IMG/VR virus record: IMGVR_UViG_3300030433_000377
Span: 1 to 44,678 of that record
Reading direction: 5' to 3' (one strand)
Origin: a virus
Lineage: Duplodnaviria > Caudoviricetes
DNA: 44,678 nt
Of this stretch, positions 26,919 to 36,156 are shown piece after piece. Each line of letters opens with the position of its first letter. Position 1 is the stretch's first letter. Below the pieces are notes generated by a model, which was not told the DNA's origin, made no database searches, and saw nothing but the letters and a program-made list of their open reading frames with translations. Position numbers and translations under genes: made by a program.

Positions 26919-28400
26919 ATGGTATCACCTATTAACGCATTCCGCTTGGCTGTAACTGCCGTAGGAAATGCATACAAAGCTGAGCAAGAGCAACAAGAAC
27001 AGCCTGGTGAAGGATTGTTTCAAGCGCCTACTCGTCCTGATACTTTTGGCGACACATCAGTAGACCCTGTCGTGGCTATGTCTGATGAGTTAGATGCTGC
27101 GTATGGTGACGTAGAAGGGTACACATCTTTGCGCAATCAGCCTGAGCCAAAAGCCAGTGACGCTGATATCCGTGTATATAACCTATGGCGCCCAGGTGAG
27201 GTACCTGTACAAAACGCTGGTATTGCTCTGCGGAGTTTGGTGAGGCCTGGTTTAACTAGATCTATGTTAGGCCGTATGTCGCAGAACGTCATTAACGAAG
27301 GTGGTTTTGATCGCAACGATGATGGCGAAGGGTTCTTCGCAAACCTTCCCGGCAGCGCTGTCGGTGCAGCGACAGGTGCTTTAGGTGCGCTTGTTAACGC
27401 ATTTATTCCTGCTGCAGGTGCACAAACAGAAGATGACAGGCTGACTGCTCACCTAGAACAGCAACCCGGTGTAGGGGTTGAGTTTGAAGACGCGGCAGAA
27501 GTTGCTGAGACACCTATATCTGAGGGCTTGATGTTACCGCCAGGTGCACGTCCTGAAGATGTTCCCGAACGGCCTAATCTCAATATTCCGTATCCAGAAA
27601 GCTTAGAAGTCACCGAAGCCAATCCCTCGGGTCTAACACGTGCTGCTTTGGGAGTTACTAACTTAGCAAGCCCTACGCAAGCAGACGGTCGTCGCGTAAG
27701 AGCTACCGTACGGCTGTTTAACTGGGGTGCGATTGGTCGTGTTCGACCATCTACTGTAGCTGGCGCCAATTATGAACGTGCTTTTGCAGGTCGTACCCTA
27801 AATAATATTGATCTGCCAGGACTGGATGGGTCTGAAGTAAACACACCTGCATTTGCCACTCCTGCAGACGGTGTCCGTTATTTCGGCTGGTGGTTACAAT
27901 ATAGAGGTCCAAAAACTATTCAGTCCATGGCTAACATGTACTACCCCACTAAGAGCACACAAAGTGCGGAAAAGAGAGCTGAAACCCTAGCAGGGCGTGC
28001 GGCATGGCTTAAAGCTGTTACCGAATATTCAGGCTTGCCCGGCAATACAGAAATTACACCTGATAACGTAGGTCAGATTGCTAAGGGTGTGTTTATGCGA
28101 GAAGCCGGTCCTAAGACTTTTACAGGCTTAGAACTCGATAAGTACCATGACTTCGGTCAATTGGTAGAAGAAGGCCGCGACATGTGGCGTCAAGCAGCGC
28201 GTGAGCTTAACGCAGAGGGTTCAGGTAGAGCAGAAACCATACGAGTTCAACAAGAAATCGGAGCTGTCGCTGATGGTGTATTTGGTCCTAATAGCCGTGC
28301 CGCTGCTCGTGAATACCTAGAAAACAACAATGTCACTATTCCTGAAGAGGCGACTGATGAAGAGTTGTCTAATCTTGTGGAAATGGTAGCCGCTCAATAA
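26919..28400 (+). CDS. Virion/lysis protein with lysozyme-like and peptidoglycan-binding domains
   Basis: FNWGAI...FATPADGVR...TIQSMANMYYP...MREAG resembles the NNPGNI-type permuted lysozyme; QQEIGAVADGVFGPNSRAA resembles PG_binding_1. Confidence 0.6.
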   Translation: MVSPINAFRLAVTAVGNAYKAEQEQQEQPGEGLFQAPTRPDTFGDTSVDPVVAMSDELDAAYGDVEGYTSLRNQPEPKASDADIRVYNLWRPGEVPVQNAGIALRSLVRPGLTRSMLGRMSQNVINEGGFDRNDDGEGFFANLPGSAVGAATGALGALVNAFIPAAGAQTEDDRLTAHLEQQPGVGVEFEDAAEVAETPISEGLMLPPGARPEDVPERPNLNIPYPESLEVTEANPSGLTRAALGVTNLASPTQADGRRVRATVRLFNWGAIGRVRPSTVAGANYERAFAGRTLNNIDLPGLDGSEVNTPAFATPADGVRYFGWWLQYRGPKTIQSMANMYYPTKSTQSAEKRAETLAGRAAWLKAVTEYSGLPGNTEITPDNVGQIAKGVFMREAGPKTFTGLELDKYHDFGQLVEEGRDMWRQAARELNAEGSGRAETIRVQQEIGAVADGVFGPNSRAAAREYLENNNVTIPEEATDEELSNLVEMVAAQ

Positions 28401-28781
28401 ATGAAGAAACTTGCTTTTCTATGTATATTAGCTATAACTGTAAGCGGTTGTAGCTCTCTGGGTCTGCTCTCTAGCTTTGCTGGGGGCGGACCTTCTGTAT
28501 CTGCTAGCGTACAAACGGGAGGCACTAGCAGTACTAATCAGGCTTTATCTCAAGTTGACAACAGTGCAACTTCTAATGTAGAATCCGGTCGTGATACAAT
28601 CACCAACAACGAGACATCTGCTGTCGCTGCTTCAGGCAATGTAGACAGCATCTCTGTCATGAATACAGACATCCCGTTTTACGTTATTGTTCTTATCATA
28701 TTAGGCTGGATATTACCGTCACCTGCGGAGATGTACCGTGAGTTCTTACGGATCATTACATTCGGTCGATACAAAGGTTAA
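28401..28781 (+). CDS. Unimolecular spanin (T1 gp11-like architecture)
   Basis: Lipobox ITVSG|C, S/T-rich linker, C-terminal TM IPFYVIVLIILGWILPSP. Confidence 0.75.
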   Translation: MKKLAFLCILAITVSGCSSLGLLSSFAGGGPSVSASVQTGGTSSTNQALSQVDNSATSNVESGRDTITNNETSAVAASGNVDSISVMNTDIPFYVIVLIILGWILPSPAEMYREFLRIITFGRYKG

Positions 28782-28791
28782 AAGATCGACA

Positions 28792-29106
28792 ATGGACATT
28801 CTATCCGTACAGAGCATTCTGCGTGATGCTATGCCTCTCATTGTGGCTGCGCTGGGTTCGGCTGGCTTGTGGGGCTATCTGTCTACCCGCATCAAGATTG
28901 CACACGACAAAGCCAAGCATGAAGCATCTGTCGTTGCAGAGTATTCACGTTCAGTTAAAGAACAGGTAGAATGTCTAGCAGCTAAGTTAGACCAGCTAAC
29001 ACACGACAAAGAACAGCTTCTGATGGAGATCGCAGACCTGCGTGCTGAACTCGCTGAAGCTAACGCCACTATTAAACACCTACAAGAACTGCTACGCGCA
29101 CGATAG
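28792..29106 (+). CDS. Membrane-anchored coiled-coil protein, holin candidate
   Basis: ATG at 28792; one TM (LIVAALGSAGLWGYL) plus coiled coil; adjacent to the spanin. Confidence 0.55.
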   Translation: MDILSVQSILRDAMPLIVAALGSAGLWGYLSTRIKIAHDKAKHEASVVAEYSRSVKEQVECLAAKLDQLTHDKEQLLMEIADLRAELAEANATIKHLQELLRAR

Positions 29107-29114
29107 GATAGATC

Positions 29115-29639
29115 ATGAAAGAATTAGAAGTACCTATTCCAGGGCAGTCATTAACGGACACCCCTCGTAACGCACCTTGGGAACGGCCACCAGAGTTCGT
29201 CGAAGTAGGTGACGTGCTTAATTATTACATTGAACGTATGTCTAACGACGATGCCATGGACGATATGGCTGCGTCCTTTGAAATGGGTGCCGATATCAAC
29301 ACCATCGTGCAAGGCATGATCAAGATGGGTACCATGAACGGTTTGCATACCTTGCAAGCTGGAATGTTAGCTGCCCCTAGCCTGGCCGCGTTTATTAAAG
29401 CTTCTATGGCGACATATGGTATTGACGCTAAAGAGTCACAGGTTTCTGATGACGAACTGAAAGAAGAGCGCGCTAACAATCGTATTCGTAATATGATTAA
29501 GGCACGTATGGATGTAGCTGGTGAAGAGATGCCAGACATGCGAGAAGAGGCTGCTCCTATGGAAGAGCCTATGCCTGAACAACCCGAATTGCCACTAGAA
29601 ACTGCTGAGCCTTCTTTAGGCTTGATGGCACAGGAGTAA
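29115..29639 (+). CDS. Conserved hypothetical virion-module protein
   Basis: PIPGQSLT..P...PWERPP N-terminus; ends GLMAQE. Confidence 0.75.
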   Translation: MKELEVPIPGQSLTDTPRNAPWERPPEFVEVGDVLNYYIERMSNDDAMDDMAASFEMGADINTIVQGMIKMGTMNGLHTLQAGMLAAPSLAAFIKASMATYGIDAKESQVSDDELKEERANNRIRNMIKARMDVAGEEMPDMREEAAPMEEPMPEQPELPLETAEPSLGLMAQE

Positions 29640-29643
29640 GAAA

Positions 29644-31272
29644 ATGAGTTGGATGGCTTTTGTAGAAGGCTTTGCTCGACGCACCTCTGAAATCATTCGG
29701 GAGAGTGAGACAGAGGCTACAGATTACAAAGAAGAAATGCGTGAGATGGCGGAACGTAATCGTTCTAAAATTCAGGCTATGCAGGAATCAGTTAAACAGA
29801 ACGAAGCTTTTGTTATACGTGCTCGTAACTTGGGTGCATCAGACGCGCAAATCTCTATGGCGCTAGATACTAGTCCTACGGCTTTGCGTGATATGGTCAC
29901 TACTCTGACGGAGCTAAAGAATAACCCTGCTTCAGCAGGTAGCTATGGTCCAGAGATGATTGCTCGCACTTTTGTAGTGCCTGAAGATTACACCAACATC
30001 GATACTAATGTAAAAGCACGCTTTGGTGGTAACTTTGCTGTAGGTGATACCACAGCACCAGAAGGTGGTGGCTTCTTTCAGGATCTGTACGGTGTCAACG
30101 CTATGGGTACGGCTCGTGCAGAACTCGATCAGGAAATGCTCTCTGGTACAAACATGTCTATCTTCGACGCGGCTGGCTTAGGAGATTTTGACTTCTATAA
30201 TACTTTGTCGCCAGGTACTGTTAGCTCTTTTGTAGAGCCACAGTTTATGGACGCAGAGCGTACCAATGTAGAGATGATGCGCTATCTACAGAAGTATAAG
30301 CAGATCGTTGAGTCTACTGAAGCACAGGTACAGGCTGCTTTTAATGATTGGCTGGCTAGAACTACTGGCGAGAGAGCGCGTGCAAACATTGAGCCGAACA
30401 GACCTGAGGAATCAGAGCAGCGTGAAATGATGGCTGAGCTTCGTAAGCAAGCAGAAGCTGCTCAGGATAAAATGATCGCTCAGCATTTTGCTACTGCTGC
30501 AGAAGGTGTATACGGTTACGACAGAGCTATGGGTCCGCAAGTAGCTGCTTCTGGTAACGACCGTTTAACTCAGTATGCAGCATCTTTGTTAGATCCTACG
30601 TTTGAAATGACATCGCAGATTGGTGTGTTTAACACGGATGGTTCGGACGATACGGGTGAATCAAACAACACAGGTGGCTCGAATAATACCGTCAGTCCGT
30701 CTGTTGACAGCGGTTTACCGTATCAAAACGCTGACGAAGCTTATGATCTAGCTGGAATTGTAGAAGTTTATCAGAACGGTCAGGTTGCTTTCCACGTAGA
30801 TCCTATTACTGGTCGAGCGTACCGGCCTGGCTCACGTCAATACATCTCTAATGTAGACATACGGCAGATAACGAGCGCTGTGCCCGGGCTTCTAAGTCTT
30901 TCAGCAGACGGCACTGTACCTTACACGGGGCAGAACCTGAACGATATCGAAGACATTCAGCTAAATCAGAGTATTGAAAGCTTGAGTGGAGAAGTCACTA
31001 GTGCTATTGATGAAGCCTCTACACCTGAAGTAGTGGGTGCTGCTAGCCCTACTTCGAGTGCTAACCAAGAAGAAGTTGACTACATTAAAAATTATGTAGC
31101 TGAAATTCTTGAAGAGTTGCGACGTATGGACGAAGATCCTACGTTTATTGGTACTATCGGTGCTAATGCCGAAGGTAGCCGTGATGAAGCTAAAAGACGT
31201 TTAGAAGAAGCACTAACGTTGGCTCAAGAACGATTGGCAAGCCTGGTTACGGGTAGTAACTCTAGCCGCTAA
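29644..31272 (+). CDS. Internal virion protein (putative)
   Basis: 542 aa, helical, amphipathic N-terminus WMAFVEGFA; gene order. Confidence 0.65.
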   Translation: MSWMAFVEGFARRTSEIIRESETEATDYKEEMREMAERNRSKIQAMQESVKQNEAFVIRARNLGASDAQISMALDTSPTALRDMVTTLTELKNNPASAGSYGPEMIARTFVVPEDYTNIDTNVKARFGGNFAVGDTTAPEGGGFFQDLYGVNAMGTARAELDQEMLSGTNMSIFDAAGLGDFDFYNTLSPGTVSSFVEPQFMDAERTNVEMMRYLQKYKQIVESTEAQVQAAFNDWLARTTGERARANIEPNRPEESEQREMMAELRKQAEAAQDKMIAQHFATAAEGVYGYDRAMGPQVAASGNDRLTQYAASLLDPTFEMTSQIGVFNTDGSDDTGESNNTGGSNNTVSPSVDSGLPYQNADEAYDLAGIVEVYQNGQVAFHVDPITGRAYRPGSRQYISNVDIRQITSAVPGLLSLSADGTVPYTGQNLNDIEDIQLNQSIESLSGEVTSAIDEASTPEVVGAASPTSSANQEEVDYIKNYVAEILEELRRMDEDPTFIGTIGANAEGSRDEAKRRLEEALTLAQERLASLVTGSNSSR

Positions 31273-31289
31273 TTTAAGAGGTACACATA

Positions 31290-34200
31290 ATGGACACTAC
31301 CGATAATCAGGAACAGGCACTGCTTGATGCTTGGAATGCAAGTCAGCAACCTGTTGAACAGCCTGTTGAGAAGCCTTCTTACGCCGGGGAAGATGCGTTA
31401 TTAGAAGCCTATCGGCGTAGTCAGTACAACAACGTTCCAGACCGGACAAGTGTCATGAACCAGGCTTTAGAGCCTAGTCGTGATGCCACGACACCTATCG
31501 TGAATAATCGTCCAGACAAGCTTAGCAAGCGTGACCTTCTGCTACCTGAAAATATGCGTGTCATCCGTCGTTATATGACTGACCGCTATGGTGCAGAAAT
31601 GCTAGACCGGTACAAGACTGACCGCGAGTTAATGGAACGCTATGTAGACTCGTTACGTTTCTTCAACGGTAACGTTGTCGGCACTATCGGTGAAGCAACC
31701 TGGGTAGCAGATGCCAGTGAAGAAAGCAAAGCTGCTGCTGCAGATGCTTACGACTTGTTTGACCGTCTAGGTAACGTCTTTGTAGTTGATGGTGTGGGCG
31801 GTGCTCTTGATGGCGTAAAAGACTATGTCTTTGCTGCTGTTCGTGACCCTTCGTCTTGGCTTGGTTTGTTTACCGGCGGTGCTGCTAAAGCAGGTGTTCT
31901 CGGTTCTCAGCTTGCCACAAAAGAGGCGCTACGGCGTGCAGCTAGTGAAGCCGGTAAACGGTTCGCTGCTCAGGGCTTTAGTCAAGAAGCTCAAGAGGCT
32001 GCTGCTAGACGCGCTATGCAAAAAGCTCTTCAAGATATCGGTGAACGTCGTCTTACTTCTCAAAGTCGTGAACGTTTGTTCGGTATTGCTGCAGACAATA
32101 TCCGTGACGGAATGGACAACATTAATCGGTATATCCCTAAAGACGGTTCTGCAGTCAAAGGTGCTATCGCTGATGTAGCGCGTCGGGGTTATATGGAAGG
32201 GCTAGAGCAACGCGGTGAACAAGCGTTCTTAGCACAGGTAGCTGCTCGTGGTGATCGTGCTGCATTTGGTGGTTCTCTCTTTGGTGACGCATTAGCTGCG
32301 TTCGGTCAGGATACCGCGATCCAGAGCACGATGATAGAAGTAGGTGCTCAAGAGAAGTACAGCGCTGCTCAAGCAGCCATTGGCACTTTCTTTGGTGGAC
32401 TTCTTGCGCCTGGTATGAAGGTTGTCGGAGATGCCGCACAGAAACTGACTGGCCGTCAGAACCGTAAGCTGGCCGTGCAGCAGGGTAAGATTCAAACAGA
32501 GCTAGATGAACTACTCGAAACTGCGCTAACCAAAGATGAAACCAAAAAAGCTTACGATGAGTTTATCGGTGCTGCCAAATCCTGGAAGCAAAAAGTAGAA
32601 GACGGCATGGAGCTAGGTGATGGCAAGACTATCGGCGCACCTGCTAGCTTCTGGCGTGATGTACTGTTTGGAAATCAAGACGGTAGCATTAAGGGTGTTC
32701 TTTCTATCTACGCTGACAAAGGTTTGCGTCCGCCAACACAGCTTCGGGTGTCCGATCTGTTAGGCAACCTCATGCAAGACATGACAGACGATCAAGTCAA
32801 CGCCATCTCGAACGAGCTAAAAGGTTTAGGCATTCAATTAGGTGACGGCACTCGTTTTAATCAACTCGTACTAGGTGATCTGTTCTCTGCTACCATGTCT
32901 CAGGCTGGTGCTACGCTTGGTCTTGCTGCGCAAGCTTCTAAGCGCCTAGACTTTGGTATGATCCGTGCAGCTAAGTCTATGGAAAACGAAGCCAAAGAGC
33001 TAGTCGCTGAAGCCGGTGGTGAAAAAGAAGTGTTTGCCTACGGTCAAAGCTTGTGGCGTCGTCTCTTGGTATCTAACCCTGCTACGTCGATGATCAACAT
33101 CGCGGGTTTTGGTATGTACTTCGGCTCTCAGAGTATCGCTGAAGTGCTTACTATGACGCAGCTTTACGGTATGGGTGTGGTTAAAAATGCTCTTGGTGGT
33201 AACGGCCAAGATATGTTCCGTAGAGCAGGTCACTACCGTAATATGGTCGGTCAGAAGATGGCTAACCTTCTAGACCCTCACACCACCCGTCAGAACTTTG
33301 AAGTTCTCCTCGATGAGTTTGACGATGCTAAACAAATCCTGATTAACAACATTTCAGGTGGTATCGATATTGCAGCTACTAAGTACAACCTTGATCCTAA
33401 TTCAGGTATCGTAAAAACTACAGAAGCAGTAGCTAACTTATCGGCTAAGGCCACACTTGTTATGGCCCAGGATGCTGTAACCAAGTCTCAGATGTTTATG
33501 GGTGAGCTAGATAAGCAAGTCCGTATGCGATACAATCGCACTCTTGACGATATCATGGCCTCCGGTGATCTCAAGTTGATCGACAATGACATGGTCAACA
33601 GCACCATGCAAGACACAATGAAGTCTGTATTCTCGAAGAACTACACTTTGAAAGGGGAAGCTCCTGCTGCTTTCCGCAGGATGGCGGAGCTAGTTGAGAA
33701 CGTTTCTAACACACCGTTTATTGGTCAGGTTCTTCCTTTCGGACGTTTCTTCAATAACGTAATAGCTAGTATGTACCGGTTTGGTCCTGGCGGTCTTGCG
33801 GAAGGTATGGCCGGAATGATGCGTGATGGCATTACAAATAACCATCTGGAAGCATTTAACCGTGCAGCGTTTGCAGCAGGCTTCTTTGGTGCCGCTATGG
33901 AGTACGATAAGCAACGCAAAGACGACGGATTGGAGATGTTCCAGATCCGAGTAGGCGACACCATTATCGACGCTAAAAACAGCTTCCCACTCTCGTTGTT
34001 TTTGGTGGGTGGTCGCATGATGAATGACCTGAACGATGGTAAATCTATTAGCTCTAGTCAGTGGCTGGCTTTAGGTGAACAAGCTATGGTGGGTCAGCTA
34101 GCTAGTGACGTTGAATACGGCAACTCTCTACGTTCTTTCTATAACGTTATGGCTACGCAAGACGTAGATACGGGACGTAAATTTGCTATCGGCTCAGGCC

Positions 34201-34955
34201 GCGCTGTAGGCGGTTTCTTAGCTGGTTTCACTCGTCCATTTGACGTACTAAACAAAACCATTGGTGCTGTTACGGGTACCGACTACGCTAAAGATCCACG
34301 GTTAGCTACAGGCTTTACTAACTCGACTATAATGGCAGGAACTCGCTACATCGATAACATTGCAGAAGGCCTCGACAAACTTGTTGATCAAGTAACTCCT
34401 GGTCAGATTGAAGGTATCACAGGAGAACGTCTACGTACTAGTACACGCAGCGGTTCTTTGCGAACGCCTAACTTTGGTCTAGCTCTGCTAGGTATTAAAG
34501 AGCTACCAAACCGTACTATAGCCGAGTCAGTATTGGACTCTGTGGATATGCCTCGTTATATGCAAAACATACGTTCGGCTAACCCACAGTATGACCGACT
34601 AGCTAATATCTATTTGGCAGGGCTACTAGAAGAACGTTTAAAAGTATTGCAGCAAAGCCCACGGTTCCATCGCTTAAACCCAAAAGAGCAACGACGCGAA
34701 ATCAAAGGCCAAATCCGGGATGCTAAAGAAGAGATGCGCGACCTGATGGGTCGACCGGGATATACTCCTGACAACATCTTCTTGGAGTATGAACGTAAAA
34801 AGGCTATGGAAAAACCAAAAGATCAGAGAGAGTTTGCTCTTGAGATTATGAGTTCTAGTGGTTCTGTTCCTCCTATCTCTGAAATGTCGTTACCTGAGTT
34901 GGAGCAATTTAACTTCTTCATCTCTAACTATGATGAAATCATGTCATACAGGTAA
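31290..34955 (+). CDS. Large internal virion (ejection) protein
   Basis: 1221 aa, last late gene, A/G-rich helices, DPSSWLGLFTGG and LPFGRFFNN motifs. Confidence 0.75.
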   Translation: MDTTDNQEQALLDAWNASQQPVEQPVEKPSYAGEDALLEAYRRSQYNNVPDRTSVMNQALEPSRDATTPIVNNRPDKLSKRDLLLPENMRVIRRYMTDRYGAEMLDRYKTDRELMERYVDSLRFFNGNVVGTIGEATWVADASEESKAAAADAYDLFDRLGNVFVVDGVGGALDGVKDYVFAAVRDPSSWLGLFTGGAAKAGVLGSQLATKEALRRAASEAGKRFAAQGFSQEAQEAAARRAMQKALQDIGERRLTSQSRERLFGIAADNIRDGMDNINRYIPKDGSAVKGAIADVARRGYMEGLEQRGEQAFLAQVAARGDRAAFGGSLFGDALAAFGQDTAIQSTMIEVGAQEKYSAAQAAIGTFFGGLLAPGMKVVGDAAQKLTGRQNRKLAVQQGKIQTELDELLETALTKDETKKAYDEFIGAAKSWKQKVEDGMELGDGKTIGAPASFWRDVLFGNQDGSIKGVLSIYADKGLRPPTQLRVSDLLGNLMQDMTDDQVNAISNELKGLGIQLGDGTRFNQLVLGDLFSATMSQAGATLGLAAQASKRLDFGMIRAAKSMENEAKELVAEAGGEKEVFAYGQSLWRRLLVSNPATSMINIAGFGMYFGSQSIAEVLTMTQLYGMGVVKNALGGNGQDMFRRAGHYRNMVGQKMANLLDPHTTRQNFEVLLDEFDDAKQILINNISGGIDIAATKYNLDPNSGIVKTTEAVANLSAKATLVMAQDAVTKSQMFMGELDKQVRMRYNRTLDDIMASGDLKLIDNDMVNSTMQDTMKSVFSKNYTLKGEAPAAFRRMAELVENVSNTPFIGQVLPFGRFFNNVIASMYRFGPGGLAEGMAGMMRDGITNNHLEAFNRAAFAAGFFGAAMEYDKQRKDDGLEMFQIRVGDTIIDAKNSFPLSLFLVGGRMMNDLNDGKSISSSQWLALGEQAMVGQLASDVEYGNSLRSFYNVMATQDVDTGRKFAIGSGRAVGGFLAGFTRPFDVLNKTIGAVTGTDYAKDPRLATGFTNSTIMAGTRYIDNIAEGLDKLVDQVTPGQIEGITGERLRTSTRSGSLRTPNFGLALLGIKELPNRTIAESVLDSVDMPRYMQNIRSANPQYDRLANIYLAGLLEERLKVLQQSPRFHRLNPKEQRREIKGQIRDAKEEMRDLMGRPGYTPDNIFLEYERKKAMEKPKDQREFALEIMSSSGSVPPISEMSLPELEQFNFFISNYDEIMSYR

Positions 34956-34986
34956 AAAAGAAGGGCGCCGATTGAGCGCCCTTTTT
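34954..34986. terminator. Bidirectional intrinsic terminator between the convergent arms
   Basis: A run, AAGGGCGC-cgattga-GCGCCCTT, T run. Confidence 0.85.
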
Positions 34987-35010
34987 AGTTTAGTAGGAGA
35001 GAAAAGATAC

Positions 35011-35214
35011 CTATCGTATGCCGAAGTTCTTAGCTGACTCTTCGGCCCACAAGACTGCTTCTTGCATACATTCACGAGCCTTGTCAAGCTCTTTCGATGA
35101 ATAAAGACGATCTTCCATATAGCGCTGAAGTTTCCATGACTCATTGCGCAGATGCGTTTCAAAGCTCTGCTGCTTGTGTTGCATGTAAGCTTTAGCGTCT
35201 TTTTCTATATTCAT
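35011..35214 (-). CDS. Hypothetical protein
   Basis: 67-aa helical ORF overlapping the phoH stop by 4 nt. Confidence 0.7.
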   Translation of the reverse strand: MNIEKDAKAYMQHKQQSFETHLRNESWKLQRYMEDRLYSSKELDKARECMQEAVLWAEESAKNFGIR

Positions 35215-35936
35215 AGACCTTCTTTCATGAAGACCTTTACCCAGTCAGCACAGATGTCAGACCTTACGATGTCGTCCACTCCGAACTCAATGATGGGTAC
35301 AGGTAGCATGTACTTCTTAGCCAAGTGAATGATCTTGGTTAGACCGTCTGCTTCTTTCAGGTCTGACTGTTGAACATCACCATTCAGCACAATTGTACTA
35401 CCTTCACCGACGCGAGTCAATAACATCTTTAACTCGTGAGTTGTAATGTTCTGCGTCTCATCGACCAGTATAATAGCATTGTCAAAACTCCGGCCACGCA
35501 TTAACGCCAGCGGAGCCATTTCAATATTACCATTCTTGATAGCCGTATCGACAGTTCCTTTAGTGAGATGCTTCTCCAGGACGTCCAGGACGGGCAGTGC
35601 CCAGGGGTAAGTCTTTTCCTGTAGTGACCCAGGCAGAAATCCTAAGTCCTTTCCTACGGCAACGTGAGGGCGTGTGATGACTATCTTGTCTACACGCTTC
35701 GTGGTGTACTCATCAGCAGCATATGTAGCCGTGACATATGTTTTGCCAGTACCCGCCGGTCCAAGCACAAACACTTGGCTCGACTCATTCATGGCTTCCC
35801 ACAAATGTTTTTGATTCTCTGTATGCGGCACGAAGCCCGACGTTTGCCGGGCCTCTGCACCTTTATAGGAAGTTTTGCGCTTAGTGCTACGCTTCCTGGG
35901 GGTAGTGTCGTAGTAGTCGTGTGGATCAATGTCCAT
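35211..35936 (-). CDS. phoH: PhoH-family ATPase
   Basis: GPAGTGKT, ITRP, LGFLPG, MRGRSF, DETQN, LTRVGE, GDVQQSD. Confidence 0.95.
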   Translation of the reverse strand: MDIDPHDYYDTTPRKRSTKRKTSYKGAEARQTSGFVPHTENQKHLWEAMNESSQVFVLGPAGTGKTYVTATYAADEYTTKRVDKIVITRPHVAVGKDLGFLPGSLQEKTYPWALPVLDVLEKHLTKGTVDTAIKNGNIEMAPLALMRGRSFDNAIILVDETQNITTHELKMLLTRVGEGSTIVLNGDVQQSDLKEADGLTKIIHLAKKYMLPVPIIEFGVDDIVRSDICADWVKVFMKEGL

Positions 35937-36156
35937 TATCGAACCGTTCCTTTAGTTCGTTATAGCCGCCGATGTACTCACCTTCCTCTGTCCAGATCTG
36001 TGGCACCGTTTTGATGCCACATCTCTTGAACAAATCTCTTACCCATAGCTCTTGATCGATGCCAAAGTAAGTGAAGGTTGAGTTACTTTCTTTGATTAGC
36101 TCCTTGGCCATATCACAGTAGATACAGCCAATGTTGCCAACAACTACATATTTCAT
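35926..36156 (-). CDS. Glutaredoxin
   Basis: ATG at 36156; CIYC, TVPQIW, YIGGY. Confidence 0.9.
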   Translation of the reverse strand: MKYVVVGNIGCIYCDMAKELIKESNSTFTYFGIDQELWVRDLFKRCGIKTVPQIWTEEGEYIGGYNELKERFDNGH

